Shown here: positions 27,752 through 37,729 of the stretch, piece by piece
Numbering within the stretch: the stretch's first letter is position 1
Layout: the number at the start of each line of letters is the position of its first letter
From: Candidatus Latescibacterota bacterium
GTDB lineage: Bacteria > Latescibacterota > UBA2968 > GCA-2709665
Length of the DNA stretch: 64,000 nucleotides
Direction of reading: 5' to 3'
Assembly (NCBI GenBank): GCA_963667175.2
Contig: CAXXXF010000002.1
Coordinates: 192,001 to 256,000, forward strand
Made by a program: the position numbers and the translations under genes
The notes under the pieces: generated by a model
The model's input: the letters and a program-made list of their open reading frames with translations, nothing else
The model's database searches: none
What the model was told of the DNA's origin: nothing

Positions 27752-28948
27752 ATGCCGGTTCATCTGATCCAGATTATCGATCGTTTGAACGTTGGCGGGC
27801 CAACGCCCTATCTGCTCTTTCTAACGAAAGCGCTTGAATCACGGGGATGTCGCTCGCTGGTGGTCAAAGGCCAGGTGGCGGCCGGCGAAGCCGAAATGGA
27901 CGACGTTATCCGCCGGTCCGGAATTCAACCCCTGGAGGTGCATGGGTTCAGCCGGGCGATCATTCCGGTTCGCGATCTGAGGGTGTTCGTTGCGTTGTAC
28001 CGGTTGTTGAGACGCGTTCGTCCCGGGATTGTCCACACCCACAAGTCGAAAGCCGGTGTGCTCGGTCGTGCCGCGGCCTGGCTGGCCGGTGTGCCGATAA
28101 CGCTGCACACGTTTCACGGGCTGGTCTTCAAGGGTTATTTTTCTGCCTGGAAGTCCTACCTGATTGTGCTGGTTGAGCGGCTCCTTGCCCGCCGGACCGA
28201 CGTCCTCGTTGCCGTATCGGAACGACAGCGCGATGAACTGCTGGCGGACCGTATCGCGGTGCCCTCCCGCATTCGCACGGTTCGGCTGGGCGTGGACCTG
28301 GATCCGTATCTGAACCGGCGGCGGGGCGACGCGGGTCTTCGCGAGGAAATGGGGTTCCGCCCTTCAGCGCGGCTTGTCGGCATCGTGGGGCGGCTGGTTC
28401 CGATCAAGGGCGTGGACATTTTTCTCGCTGCCGCCGAACAGGTGGCCGAGACCTTGCCGGACGTTCGTTTTGTCGTCGTTGGCGACGGGGAACTGCGGTC
28501 CGAACTTGAAGCCATCGCGCATGCGCGAAAGCTCGAAGACCGGGTACGGTTTACCGGCTTCCGAAATGATACGGCGCGAATCTACGGCGCACTCGATCTG
28601 TCGGTGCTGTCGTCACACCACGAGGGGTTGCCGGTTGCGCTGCTGGAGGCCGTGGCAACCGGATGTTACGTCGTTGCGTCTCGCGTGGGGGGCGTGCCCG
28701 ATCTGATTCGGAGCGAACGGATTGGCCTGATGGTTGCGCCTGGCGACGCTGCGGCGCTTGCCGCGGGAATTCAGCGGGCCTTACGTGAGCGGCGGGAGAT
28801 TTCCGTTGGTGAGCGGCGTAAGATTGTGGAATCGTACGGGTTGACAAGATTGGCGGAAGATTTCAGCCACCTCTATCGTAAGCTATCCGAAAACAAGCGG
28901 GCCGGGGGCGGTTTACCGGGCGACTGCTGGGAAGGGATGTACGCATGA
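27752..28948 (+). CDS. Glycosyltransferase family 4
   Basis: RLNVGGP, HTHKSKAG, HTFHG, GRLVPIKG, EGLPVALLEA and VGGVPD. Confidence 0.93.
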   Translation: MPVHLIQIIDRLNVGGPTPYLLFLTKALESRGCRSLVVKGQVAAGEAEMDDVIRRSGIQPLEVHGFSRAIIPVRDLRVFVALYRLLRRVRPGIVHTHKSKAGVLGRAAAWLAGVPITLHTFHGLVFKGYFSAWKSYLIVLVERLLARRTDVLVAVSERQRDELLADRIAVPSRIRTVRLGVDLDPYLNRRRGDAGLREEMGFRPSARLVGIVGRLVPIKGVDIFLAAAEQVAETLPDVRFVVVGDGELRSELEAIAHARKLEDRVRFTGFRNDTARIYGALDLSVLSSHHEGLPVALLEAVATGCYVVASRVGGVPDLIRSERIGLMVAPGDAAALAAGIQRALRERREISVGERRKIVESYGLTRLAEDFSHLYRKLSENKRAGGGLPGDCWEGMYA

Positions 28949-29919
28949 AGGTGTTGATTACCGGCGGGGCGGGGTTTATCGGGTCACATCTGGCGGAACG
29001 GCATTTGAGGCGCGGCGACGAAGTCTCCGTACTCGACGATCTTTCCACCGGAGACTACAACAATATCCACCACCTGGAGTCCAACCCGCGATTCAAGATA
29101 AAGGTTGGCACGATACTGGAAGGAGATACACTGCGTCCGCTGGTGGAATGGTGCGATATGATCTATCACCTGGCCGCGGCAGTGGGGGTAAATTACATCA
29201 TCGACAATCCGCTGCATTCCCTGACCACCAATATTCGAGGCACCGAAATCGTCCTGGATCTTGCCAATAAAGACAAGAAGCGCGTCATGCTCGCGTCCAC
29301 GTCCGAGGTGTACGGCAAGAAGAACGGCAAGGTTTCTTTCCAGGAAAACGACGATCGGCTGCTCGGACCCATCACCGTCGACCGTTGGATCTACTCCACC
29401 ACGAAAGCGGTGGACGAAATGTTGGGTCTGTCCTACTGGCGGGAGAAGAAGCTGCCCATGCTCATCGTGCGGTTCTTCAACGTCATCGGTCCCAGGCAGA
29501 CCGGCGACTACGGGATGGTCGTGCCGCGCATGGTCAAGCAGGCGCTCCTGGGTCATCCGATCACGGTGTACGGCGACGGGGAACAACGGCGCTGTTTTAC
29601 CGATATCGAAGACGCCCTCGACGGCCTGGTGGCGCTGGCCGAACATCCCGACACGCCGGGTGAGATCTTCAATCTGGGCGGGAACGTGGAGACCAACGAA
29701 ACCAGCATTGTCAATTTGGCGCACAAGGTCAAGACACTGACGGAAAGCGACGCGCCCATCGAATTCGTGCCTTACGACAAGGCATTCGCCAAGGGGTCGT
29801 ACGAAGACCTGAACTATCGGGTGCCGGATCTGTCCAAAATCCGGTCGTTCGTGAGCTACGAGCCGAAAATGAGCCTCGACAACACCCTCCGGCGCATTAT
29901 CAATTATTTCGAATCCTAG
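28945..29919 (+). CDS. NAD-dependent nucleotide-sugar epimerase/dehydratase
   Basis: TGGAGFIGSH, HLAAAVG, ASTSEVYG, YSTTK and RFFNVIGPRQ. Confidence 0.95.
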   Translation: MKVLITGGAGFIGSHLAERHLRRGDEVSVLDDLSTGDYNNIHHLESNPRFKIKVGTILEGDTLRPLVEWCDMIYHLAAAVGVNYIIDNPLHSLTTNIRGTEIVLDLANKDKKRVMLASTSEVYGKKNGKVSFQENDDRLLGPITVDRWIYSTTKAVDEMLGLSYWREKKLPMLIVRFFNVIGPRQTGDYGMVVPRMVKQALLGHPITVYGDGEQRRCFTDIEDALDGLVALAEHPDTPGEIFNLGGNVETNETSIVNLAHKVKTLTESDAPIEFVPYDKAFAKGSYEDLNYRVPDLSKIRSFVSYEPKMSLDNTLRRIINYFES

Positions 29920-30057
29920 CAACTTCCCCGGCGTGCAGGCGGCCGGGTCACGGTGGCGGTCGGAGCGGTCAAAGCGGCGCGCGATTCGCGAACCGACATC
30001 ATGAGAGTCAACCAACTGGCGTTGGACCGTCCGAACCCTCTCTACGGCAGGGACGGG

Positions 30058-30080
30058 GCTGGCCGTACGCCGGTTTTTTT
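30058..30080 (+). terminator. Probable rho-independent terminator
   Basis: GCTGGC-CGTAC-GCCGGT stem-loop followed by a T-run. Confidence 0.5.
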
Positions 30081-30094
30081 ATTTTGGAGTCGCC

Positions 30095-31696
30095 TTGCGG
30101 GACCACGGTTCCATCGGATGGACCTTCGCAGGATGTCTGGTGTTCGGGTTCGTCGCCGTTCTTCTTGCCTGGATCTCTTCGGGTGTGTCATTGCTCGACG
30201 ACGACTGGGGGCACCTCCGTCTGGGTGCGGAGGGAATTCGATCTGCTCTAACGACGAGTTGGACCGGGCTGGCGGGCGCCGGGGGCTACTATCGTCCGGT
30301 TGTCACCCTGACGTTTTACGTCACCTATCTGTTCGTGGCATATGAACCTCTGCTTTATCATATCGGCAACGTCCTGCTTCACTGTCTCTGCGGTATGCTG
30401 GTCTATCTGCTGGCGCGGCAGTTGCTGAACCGGGCGATGGGCGCCTGGACGGCATGCCTTCTCTTTCTTGTGCTGCCCATCCACACGGACACCATCTTCT
30501 GGATCGTGGGCCGGACGGACTCCGTCTGTGCGACGTTCTATCTGTCCGCGCTGCTCTTGTTCCTGGCGTACCAGCGCAGTCCGTCTCCGGGAATGCTGGC
30601 GGCCGCAAGCCTGTGCGCCCTGCTTGCGCTGTTTTCGAAGGAGATGGCGCTGGCGCTGCCTGGCGTGCTTTTCATCCTCTTCATTTATTGCGGGACGTTT
30701 CGGACAGCGGCGGCCTGGCGTGCCCTGGCGTGCAGTGTCGGGACTGTCGGCATTTATCTGTGCGCCCGCCGGATCGTGCTGGGCGGGGTATTCAAGGGGA
30801 TACCGGATCGGGATCTGACGGCGGTGGGGATCGGACTGGACGTTCTCAAATCCGGGGCGAAGCTGGGAATGACGGATGAACCGTTCGTCGGTGTCGTTCT
30901 GCTGGCCGCGACCGGGGGCGTCTTCTGTTTATCGGGCCGCCCGCGGGAGGTGTTGAGGGACACGATGGTACTGGGTGGAATGACCGTGATCAGCCTGGTT
31001 CCCGTTCTGGGACGGGTACACCGCTGGTACCTTTATCTGCCTTCCGTTTTTTTCTGCATTGCGGTTGCGAACGTCTGGTCCGCCTGGCGGCCGAAACGCA
31101 CGCTGGTCGCGTGGTGCAGAAACCTCCTGATGGCAACGGTGTTCAGCTATTATGGCGTGGTGCTTGCGCGTGAGGGGTTTTTCTGGCGGGAGGCTTCGGC
31201 CCTGAGTGAAAACGTTCTGGATTCGTTGGCGCGGCTCTCGAGAGAGAGCGGCGGAACGCTCTATGTTTTCAACGTGCCCTCCGCGCTTAGCCGGCCGGGC
31301 AGTCTGGGAGACATACCGTTGTACGCTTTCGGGCTGAGCAATGCCCTGGCGGTGCGCGCGGGGGAGGCGTCATCGGCAGTCGCCGTCAATCATTGCTGGC
31401 TTACCGATCCCGTCGGATTCACGAGCGACGTAGAGCGGCTGGGTCCGACGCGCTGGCGGATTGAAATCAGAAGTGGCGGACATCTGTCCGTACACGGGCA
31501 GAAGGATGCCAGGTCGTTCTACGGGGCAGACGGCAAGCGGTTGCGTCCGGGGGCCGCGGCGAGGACGTGGGGGGAAGTCCGGTTTCACGGCCCCTCACAG
31601 GCCGAGGTCGTACTCGAACCCTCGCGCGCAAGCCGCGTGGCTGTCTTCGACGGGACCGGAATCCGGGAGTTGAAGCCAAGAATCGAGCGAAGGTAA
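30095..31696 (+). CDS. GT-C fold (PMT/GT39-like) membrane glycosyltransferase
   Basis: DDD after the first TM helix, YYRP, YH..NVLLH, P.H...I.WI.GR, SKE and RWYLYLP. TTG start is uncertain. Confidence 0.8.
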   Translation: MRDHGSIGWTFAGCLVFGFVAVLLAWISSGVSLLDDDWGHLRLGAEGIRSALTTSWTGLAGAGGYYRPVVTLTFYVTYLFVAYEPLLYHIGNVLLHCLCGMLVYLLARQLLNRAMGAWTACLLFLVLPIHTDTIFWIVGRTDSVCATFYLSALLLFLAYQRSPSPGMLAAASLCALLALFSKEMALALPGVLFILFIYCGTFRTAAAWRALACSVGTVGIYLCARRIVLGGVFKGIPDRDLTAVGIGLDVLKSGAKLGMTDEPFVGVVLLAATGGVFCLSGRPREVLRDTMVLGGMTVISLVPVLGRVHRWYLYLPSVFFCIAVANVWSAWRPKRTLVAWCRNLLMATVFSYYGVVLAREGFFWREASALSENVLDSLARLSRESGGTLYVFNVPSALSRPGSLGDIPLYAFGLSNALAVRAGEASSAVAVNHCWLTDPVGFTSDVERLGPTRWRIEIRSGGHLSVHGQKDARSFYGADGKRLRPGAAARTWGEVRFHGPSQAEVVLEPSRASRVAVFDGTGIRELKPRIERR

Positions 31697-31701
31697 GGGG
31701 T

Positions 31702-34700
31702 ATGGCTGCGCGTTTCCTTACAACCTGTGCGGTTTTCTCACTGACGTTGATGATTTCTGACGCGGCGCCCGAGGCGTACAGCGGCCAGCCCCGACTCGCG
31801 TGGGCGGGTGAAGACGAGGTTGAGATCGAGGTCGATGGATCCGACTACCGGCTTCGTGAGGTTCGTCTTGAAGGCACGGCCTACACCCGGGTTCAGTTAC
31901 CCGGCGGCATGTGGCTGCCCGAACCCGGGCGTCCGGCGGTGCCCGTGCGGGGAACGCTTCTGGGGGTGCCGTATGGAACGCGGGTCGTGGCGACGGTCGT
32001 GGAATCGGAGTTCGACGTGATTCCCGGTGTGCTGCTGCTGCCGGTACCGGGTTCCAGGCCGGCGGGCCGGGGGGTTTACCGCTCGGAGGTGGAAGATTAC
32101 GAGCCGGATGCTGAATTCTACGCCCGTGACGGCCTCTATCCGGCGGAACCGGCCGTGGTCACTCGCATTGGCGTTTTGCGGGATCAGCGGGTCGCCGGAA
32201 TCTCCTTAAGGCCAATCCAGTACAACCCGGCCCGACAACAACTGCGGATCGCCCGAAGGCTGCGGGTGCGCGTACGATTCGTGCGTGACGAGCGTACCAT
32301 CAGGGTTCGGGCTTCGGACGAGGGCACGGGCGGCGGTTTCGAGGAATTCTACGAGAACGCGTTGTTGAACGCGGAGCAGGCCCGGCCCTGGAAGGGCCGG
32401 GCCGAACAACCCGACGGGCCGCGCAAGCTCCGGATCGCGGAGGGCCTGGATCCGGCTGCCGCCTACTACAAGATCCGGGTACGGAATGACGGCCTGTACC
32501 GGCTGGACGCGAACTGGTTTCGCGATGCCGGCATTGCGCTTCAGGCGGGAGATCTGGTGCGATTGAAAGTCTTCCTGAACGGTCAGGAAGTGCCCTTGGA
32601 CGTGCGGGACGATGGAGACGGCGTGCTGCGCGAGGGAGAGGGCGCAATTTTCCATGGGGAGTATCGCCGCGCGCCGGATCGCGACTTCGAGAATGAACTC
32701 GGACGCGAACACGTCTACTGGCTCACGCTCGACGGCCGACCCGGGCGGCGATTTGAGCCGGTGGACGGTTCGCCGCAAAACGGATTCCCCGCAGCCCTTC
32801 GATTCACCCACCGGGCGCATGCCGAGGTCGATTCGCTCTATGATCCGCTGGGAGATGCCCCCGACGTAAATCGCGACCACTGGTACTGGGGGCGGACCGG
32901 ATCGCCGGTCAGGCAGGGGACGAATGTCCTGAACCCGGATGGTTTTCCCGTGACCGTACCCGTCGCGCTGCCCGGGTTGGACCGGGCTGCGGAAACGATG
33001 GCCCGCGTTCGGGTGGGTATGCACGCGTTGACGTTCAGACGGCAGTTCGAACCCGATCATTACACGGTTGTGCAGCTTTCGAACGGCACAGTTGTGGCTG
33101 ACGACAGGTGGGATGGAAAGCGTGCGTTCATCGCCGAAGGGGCGGTACCGGTCTCGGATCTGGACGAGACGACCCGGGTGACCCTCGCGACGCCCGGCGC
33201 TCCGGATTTCCCGGCTGACTACATTGAGCACGTGTTGTTGAACTGGGTGGAAATCGAATATTCCCGGCGGTTCGAATGTGTGGAGGGCGCGCTGGATTTC
33301 GTGCCGGACGCAACCGACGAGGGCCGTGCCTTCTCGATCTCCGGGTTTCGAACGGCCGACGTTTTCGTCTACGACGTCGCCGGGGAACGGAGGATCCGGG
33401 ACATTCAGGTAACGCCGTCGGAGGTGGGATTTCAAGCCCGGTTCGAACTGCCGGCCGTATCCGGACGCTTTGTTGCGATGGACTCGGAGGCCATTCGGCG
33501 GGCGCCGGCCGGGGAGGCGGCCGAAGTGCCGGCGTTCGGAACCGACGGGGCCGACTACGTGATCGTCACCCACCCGCGGTTTCTCGAGGCCGCGGAGCGC
33601 CTCGCCGATCACCGCCGTGAACAGGGGTTGCGCGTGCAGGTCGCGGACGTCACGGAGATTTACGACGCGTTCTCCTTCGGGCATTTCGAACCTCATGCGA
33701 TCCGTCGATTCATGCTGCACGCCTGGGAGCACTGGGCGCGGCGACCGACCTATCTCCTTCTATTCGGTCCGGACAGCTTCGACTACCGGCGCAACTTCCA
33801 CGAATCCGCCATTGAGCGGCACGTGGATACGTCTCTGGTTCCCTCGCTTCCCTTCCAGTCCGTGAGGAGGGGACTGGCGTACTCGGACCATTTTTTCGGC
33901 GCCGTAGCGGGTTCTGAGGACGACCTGTTCCAGGATGTTTTCGTGGGCCGGCTTCCGGTGTCTACCCAACGGGGGGCCGCGGCCCTGGTCCGCAAAATCG
34001 CAGCCTATGACAACGCGCCGCATGACCGGTGGCGGGACCGGGCGCTGTTTATGGCCAACTACGATCCGTTGTTGATCTTCACGTCCCCCAGTGACCTGCT
34101 CTCGGCGAACTACACCGAGCCGCTGGGGCTGGAATCGTTCAAGGTCTACAACGATGAGGACGTCGGACCTGAACCCAATGAGGACACGGGCGAAGTCATC
34201 CGGCAGATCAACGAGGGGCGGCTGCTGGTGAATTTCCTTGGTCACGGAAGCGTTTCGGGAATGGCGCGGTTCCTGAGAGGAAGTTCACAAAGAGAAAGCT
34301 ATAACTATATGCGTCAGATCGTCAATGCGGGTCGATTGCCGATTGTGGTGGCGCTGTCCTGCCTGAACGGACAATTCTCGGATCCGAGGTTCACGTGCCT
34401 GGCGGAGGAGATGACCGGGAAAGCTGACGGCGGCGCCATCGCGTATATCTCGGCTTCAGCTCTTGCGGCTGTCATCACCAACGACTTCCTGAACGACCGC
34501 CTGTTTGCCGCGTTCTTCAGAGACGGCGTCCGGGAATTCGGCGCCGGTCTGGCCGTTGCAAAGGCGGCGCTGGATACGCGGTTCCCCGAGTTGAAAACGC
34601 TTACCCTTGGCATACAGTTGATTGGAGACCCCGCACAGGAACTTGCCATATTGCCCGAACCGGACTATCTGCTGGATTCCGGAAGCCTGAACGTTGAGCG

Positions 34701-37470
34701 GACCGCTCAATTAACTGTGGATGATTCGGTTCGGATCGCGATCCGGATCGAAAACATCGGGATCACGCCTCGCGCGGGGCCCGAGGTTGTCCTGGTGGAT
34801 CGCAATCTGGATCGGGCAGAGGCAGATACGCTGTTCGCGGGCGTTTTCCCCGCCTTCGGCCAGTCGGACAGCACAGCGGTGACGTGGCGGCTGGCAGGCC
34901 GCGCCGGGAGACACGCGCTTGCGCTCACCGTGGATCCGGACGATGAGATTCCTGAGTTGGATGAAGCCAACAACCACGTGGAGGCCGAGTTGGACGTGGT
35001 CGGTAGCCTGTCGGCCGTTCCCACGATGCCAAGGCAGAGCCAGGTGGTACCCGTTTCGGGGGTGCGGCTGGCCGTCCGGACGGGAACCGGCGCGCGGGAC
35101 GCGCACGGAGAATTCGAGCTGAGCGGTTCGCCTGCGTTCGACGGGCCGGGCGTGATACGTTCCGGATCCGTTGCGGGGCGCGCGGGGCTCGTGTTGTGGG
35201 GAGCGCCGGAACTGGCGCCCGGCACGTACTTCTGGCGGACCCGAGTCCGGGAGGGTGAGGAATTCGGGGCCTGGTCCGCCACGATGGACTTCAGCGCGCA
35301 GGCCGTTGCGCCCGCGCGAGAGATCGTCTGGCAACAGGACGCCGCCGGCGCGTTCAGGTGGGCTGCCGGAACAGACGTTCGGCTGGCGGATGGCGCCATT
35401 TCGCGGGTGGTCGACCCGCCCCCGTTGCGGCTGAACGCGGACATGCGGGAGGAGGCGTTCGCGGCCGAGGGCGTGCGGGGCGCCGGCGTGTTGTGTACGG
35501 ATGGCGCCTACCTGTACCTGAACCGGTTCTATTCCCCGACCACGGACTATCCCGGGACCGATATATTCGAGCGGATCGGCACAGGATACGGGGGCACTCG
35601 AGCCGGACAGAATCACGGCGCGCTTTCGGAAACGCCCGTGCTCGGCGTTTCGGCAACCTACCATGGCGACGGGTTTATCTACGCCGACAACCGCCGCGGC
35701 CGCGAACTCTTGCGTATCGCGCCCGCAACGGGTGGTATGGACCGCGTGAGGGTGCCGGATGGGTTGATGGAGTTTCGAACCGGACTGGTATTCGACGGAC
35801 ATTCGCTGATCACGTCGGACGGAACCTACATTTACAACCTCGCGGCAGCGGTGGACGGCGTGCAGCGCGCGGGCTGGTCGGTGCGCGTGTTCGATCCGGC
35901 GGAGGACTGGAGGCTGGAGCGCGAATTCACCGTAGCGCCCACGGAGACGGGGTTTGCCTATCTGGTCACGGACGGTGTGATCGCGGACGGAAGATACCTG
36001 TATCTGATCGAGTTTGGCACCGGACTGACCCACAGGGTTCGGGTGGTGGATGCCCGGAGCGGCGAATTTGTCGAAGAGTACGACAGCGACCAGGCGGAGA
36101 CCGATATCCTGACCGGCCAGTACGACTGGATCAACAACAAGGTGTGGATGGGCCAGCTGAACGGCCCGACGGTCTTCCGGTACGCGGGGAAAACGTTGCC
36201 GCCGTATGGGACGCTGGTATCTGAGGCGATCGGTCCGGCCGGCGCATGGCACGGCCTGGCGCTCGACGTTCGCGAGGTGACCGGCGGACGGGTTGAGGTG
36301 GATATTCTGAGCGCCACGCCGCCCGGTGGATTCGTCCCGCTTGCCGAATGGAGCGGCCTCGAGGCCGACGACGAGATCAATCTGAGCGATCTGAGAGATC
36401 ACCGCATCCGGATTCGGATCCGGCTGTACGGAGAGGAACTCGGACCGTCCGCCGGATTCATCGGCTGGCGGGTAACGTACCGGCCTCAGTCCGATCTTGT
36501 TCTGTCCGGGCTGCAAGCGTCGCCCCTCGAAGTCGATGAACTGGATCCCGTGCGGCTGACGGTCCGGGCCCGGAATATGGGACCTCTCGATCTGGTTCCC
36601 GGGGCCGTGGTGGCGTTTTACAGCGGCGCGCCCGAAGACGGACGGCTGATTGGAAGGGCGTCGGTTCCCGAAGGAACCCCCGCCGGTGAAACGGCTTCCG
36701 TGTCCCATGTCTGGAACACCGCGAGATTTGCGGGGACGAACGTCGTTACCGCCAGGCTGGAGGATCTCTCGGGCGGCCGGAGCTATTACGCGAGAGAGAC
36801 CACCGCCGAGAAGGCGGTTGAAGTCCATCCAAGCGACGATCGGGCGGGTCCTGAACTGGATCTGGTCGCTTTGGACGCCGCAGGTGAGGTGCGCCCCGAC
36901 GACTTTCTGCCGTCGACGCCGAAGTTCTCGGTGGCATTTCGGGATTCGAGCGGGATTGACGACAGGTCGGTGCGGATCGTCCTTACGGGACCAGGCGATG
37001 AAATCTCGGACGGACTGGCCTCGGACCGGGTGGCCGACCGGAAAGAGGATCCGACGTCGTTGCGATTTACCTGGTCACCGCGCCTGGATGACGGACGTTA
37101 TACGCTTGCGGTTTCCGGGACGGATCTCCTGGGCAACGGCCCGGCCGAAAAATCCGTGGCATTCCAGGTATCTTCGGACCTCGCGATCCGGAAACTGCTG
37201 AACGTACCGAATCCGACCGCCGACGCCACGGACTTTACGTACATTCTGTCCCGTCCCGCGGACGTGAGCATCCGCATCTTTACGATTGCCGGGCGACTGA
37301 TCCGGAAACTGGATGGCGTTCCGGGGCGGGCGGGATATAACCAGGTCCATTGGGACGGCCGGGACGCCGACGGGCAACTGCTGGCCAATGGCGTCTACCT
37401 CTATACGGTCAGCGCGGACGACGGCCGGAAACGCGTGCGTGAGAAAGAGCGGTTGATCGTATATCGATAG
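31702..37470 (+). CDS. Giant C25 (gingipain/PorU-like) cysteine peptidase with CARDB/Ig domains and T9SS-type C-terminal domain
   Basis: Signal peptide, C25 propeptide (PGRPAVP), ADYVIVTH, VGRLP, FLGHGS (His), ALSCLNG (Cys), LIGDPA, CARDB (VDPDDEIPELDEANN) and CTD (NVPNP...WDGRD...ANGVYLY). Confidence 0.9.
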   Translation: MAARFLTTCAVFSLTLMISDAAPEAYSGQPRLAWAGEDEVEIEVDGSDYRLREVRLEGTAYTRVQLPGGMWLPEPGRPAVPVRGTLLGVPYGTRVVATVVESEFDVIPGVLLLPVPGSRPAGRGVYRSEVEDYEPDAEFYARDGLYPAEPAVVTRIGVLRDQRVAGISLRPIQYNPARQQLRIARRLRVRVRFVRDERTIRVRASDEGTGGGFEEFYENALLNAEQARPWKGRAEQPDGPRKLRIAEGLDPAAAYYKIRVRNDGLYRLDANWFRDAGIALQAGDLVRLKVFLNGQEVPLDVRDDGDGVLREGEGAIFHGEYRRAPDRDFENELGREHVYWLTLDGRPGRRFEPVDGSPQNGFPAALRFTHRAHAEVDSLYDPLGDAPDVNRDHWYWGRTGSPVRQGTNVLNPDGFPVTVPVALPGLDRAAETMARVRVGMHALTFRRQFEPDHYTVVQLSNGTVVADDRWDGKRAFIAEGAVPVSDLDETTRVTLATPGAPDFPADYIEHVLLNWVEIEYSRRFECVEGALDFVPDATDEGRAFSISGFRTADVFVYDVAGERRIRDIQVTPSEVGFQARFELPAVSGRFVAMDSEAIRRAPAGEAAEVPAFGTDGADYVIVTHPRFLEAAERLADHRREQGLRVQVADVTEIYDAFSFGHFEPHAIRRFMLHAWEHWARRPTYLLLFGPDSFDYRRNFHESAIERHVDTSLVPSLPFQSVRRGLAYSDHFFGAVAGSEDDLFQDVFVGRLPVSTQRGAAALVRKIAAYDNAPHDRWRDRALFMANYDPLLIFTSPSDLLSANYTEPLGLESFKVYNDEDVGPEPNEDTGEVIRQINEGRLLVNFLGHGSVSGMARFLRGSSQRESYNYMRQIVNAGRLPIVVALSCLNGQFSDPRFTCLAEEMTGKADGGAIAYISASALAAVITNDFLNDRLFAAFFRDGVREFGAGLAVAKAALDTRFPELKTLTLGIQLIGDPAQELAILPEPDYLLDSGSLNVERTAQLTVDDSVRIAIRIENIGITPRAGPEVVLVDRNLDRAEADTLFAGVFPAFGQSDSTAVTWRLAGRAGRHALALTVDPDDEIPELDEANNHVEAELDVVGSLSAVPTMPRQSQVVPVSGVRLAVRTGTGARDAHGEFELSGSPAFDGPGVIRSGSVAGRAGLVLWGAPELAPGTYFWRTRVREGEEFGAWSATMDFSAQAVAPAREIVWQQDAAGAFRWAAGTDVRLADGAISRVVDPPPLRLNADMREEAFAAEGVRGAGVLCTDGAYLYLNRFYSPTTDYPGTDIFERIGTGYGGTRAGQNHGALSETPVLGVSATYHGDGFIYADNRRGRELLRIAPATGGMDRVRVPDGLMEFRTGLVFDGHSLITSDGTYIYNLAAAVDGVQRAGWSVRVFDPAEDWRLEREFTVAPTETGFAYLVTDGVIADGRYLYLIEFGTGLTHRVRVVDARSGEFVEEYDSDQAETDILTGQYDWINNKVWMGQLNGPTVFRYAGKTLPPYGTLVSEAIGPAGAWHGLALDVREVTGGRVEVDILSATPPGGFVPLAEWSGLEADDEINLSDLRDHRIRIRIRLYGEELGPSAGFIGWRVTYRPQSDLVLSGLQASPLEVDELDPVRLTVRARNMGPLDLVPGAVVAFYSGAPEDGRLIGRASVPEGTPAGETASVSHVWNTARFAGTNVVTARLEDLSGGRSYYARETTAEKAVEVHPSDDRAGPELDLVALDAAGEVRPDDFLPSTPKFSVAFRDSSGIDDRSVRIVLTGPGDEISDGLASDRVADRKEDPTSLRFTWSPRLDDGRYTLAVSGTDLLGNGPAEKSVAFQVSSDLAIRKLLNVPNPTADATDFTYILSRPADVSIRIFTIAGRLIRKLDGVPGRAGYNQVHWDGRDADGQLLANGVYLYTVSADDGRKRVREKERLIVYR

Positions 37471-37492
37471 GGGAGAAACGGCGGAAGAGTGA

Positions 37493-37636
37493 CGAATCGC
37501 GAAGGACCTGACGCCGCTCATGGACGTCGAACGGCTGCGCAACGAGTTCTTGGCAATGGGAAGCCGCGAATTACGGACGCCGTTGGCGCGGCTCTGCTTT
37601 GTGACGCACTCACCAACGGAATCCTCAATGGCCTGA
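37493..37636 (+). pseudogene. Histidine kinase (HisKA) fragment
   Basis: Frame reads KDLTPLMDVERLRNEFLAMGSRELRTPLA, an H-box consensus with His replaced by Arg; stops on both sides. Confidence 0.55.
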
Positions 37637-37729
37637 TCTCTCACGCCTTACAACCCCTTGCAGGTTGAGGCATCCTCTGTTATGGACCACATTGGGGTCA
37701 GCGCGCTGTGCTTGGGGCGGGCGGAGGTC

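Noticed and set aside
34711-36828. 705-aa antisense ORF (also 32206-33732, 15126-16823, 8401-9609, 47518-48915)
   Set aside because: These are shadows of well-supported genes in high-GC DNA and have no recognisable motifs.
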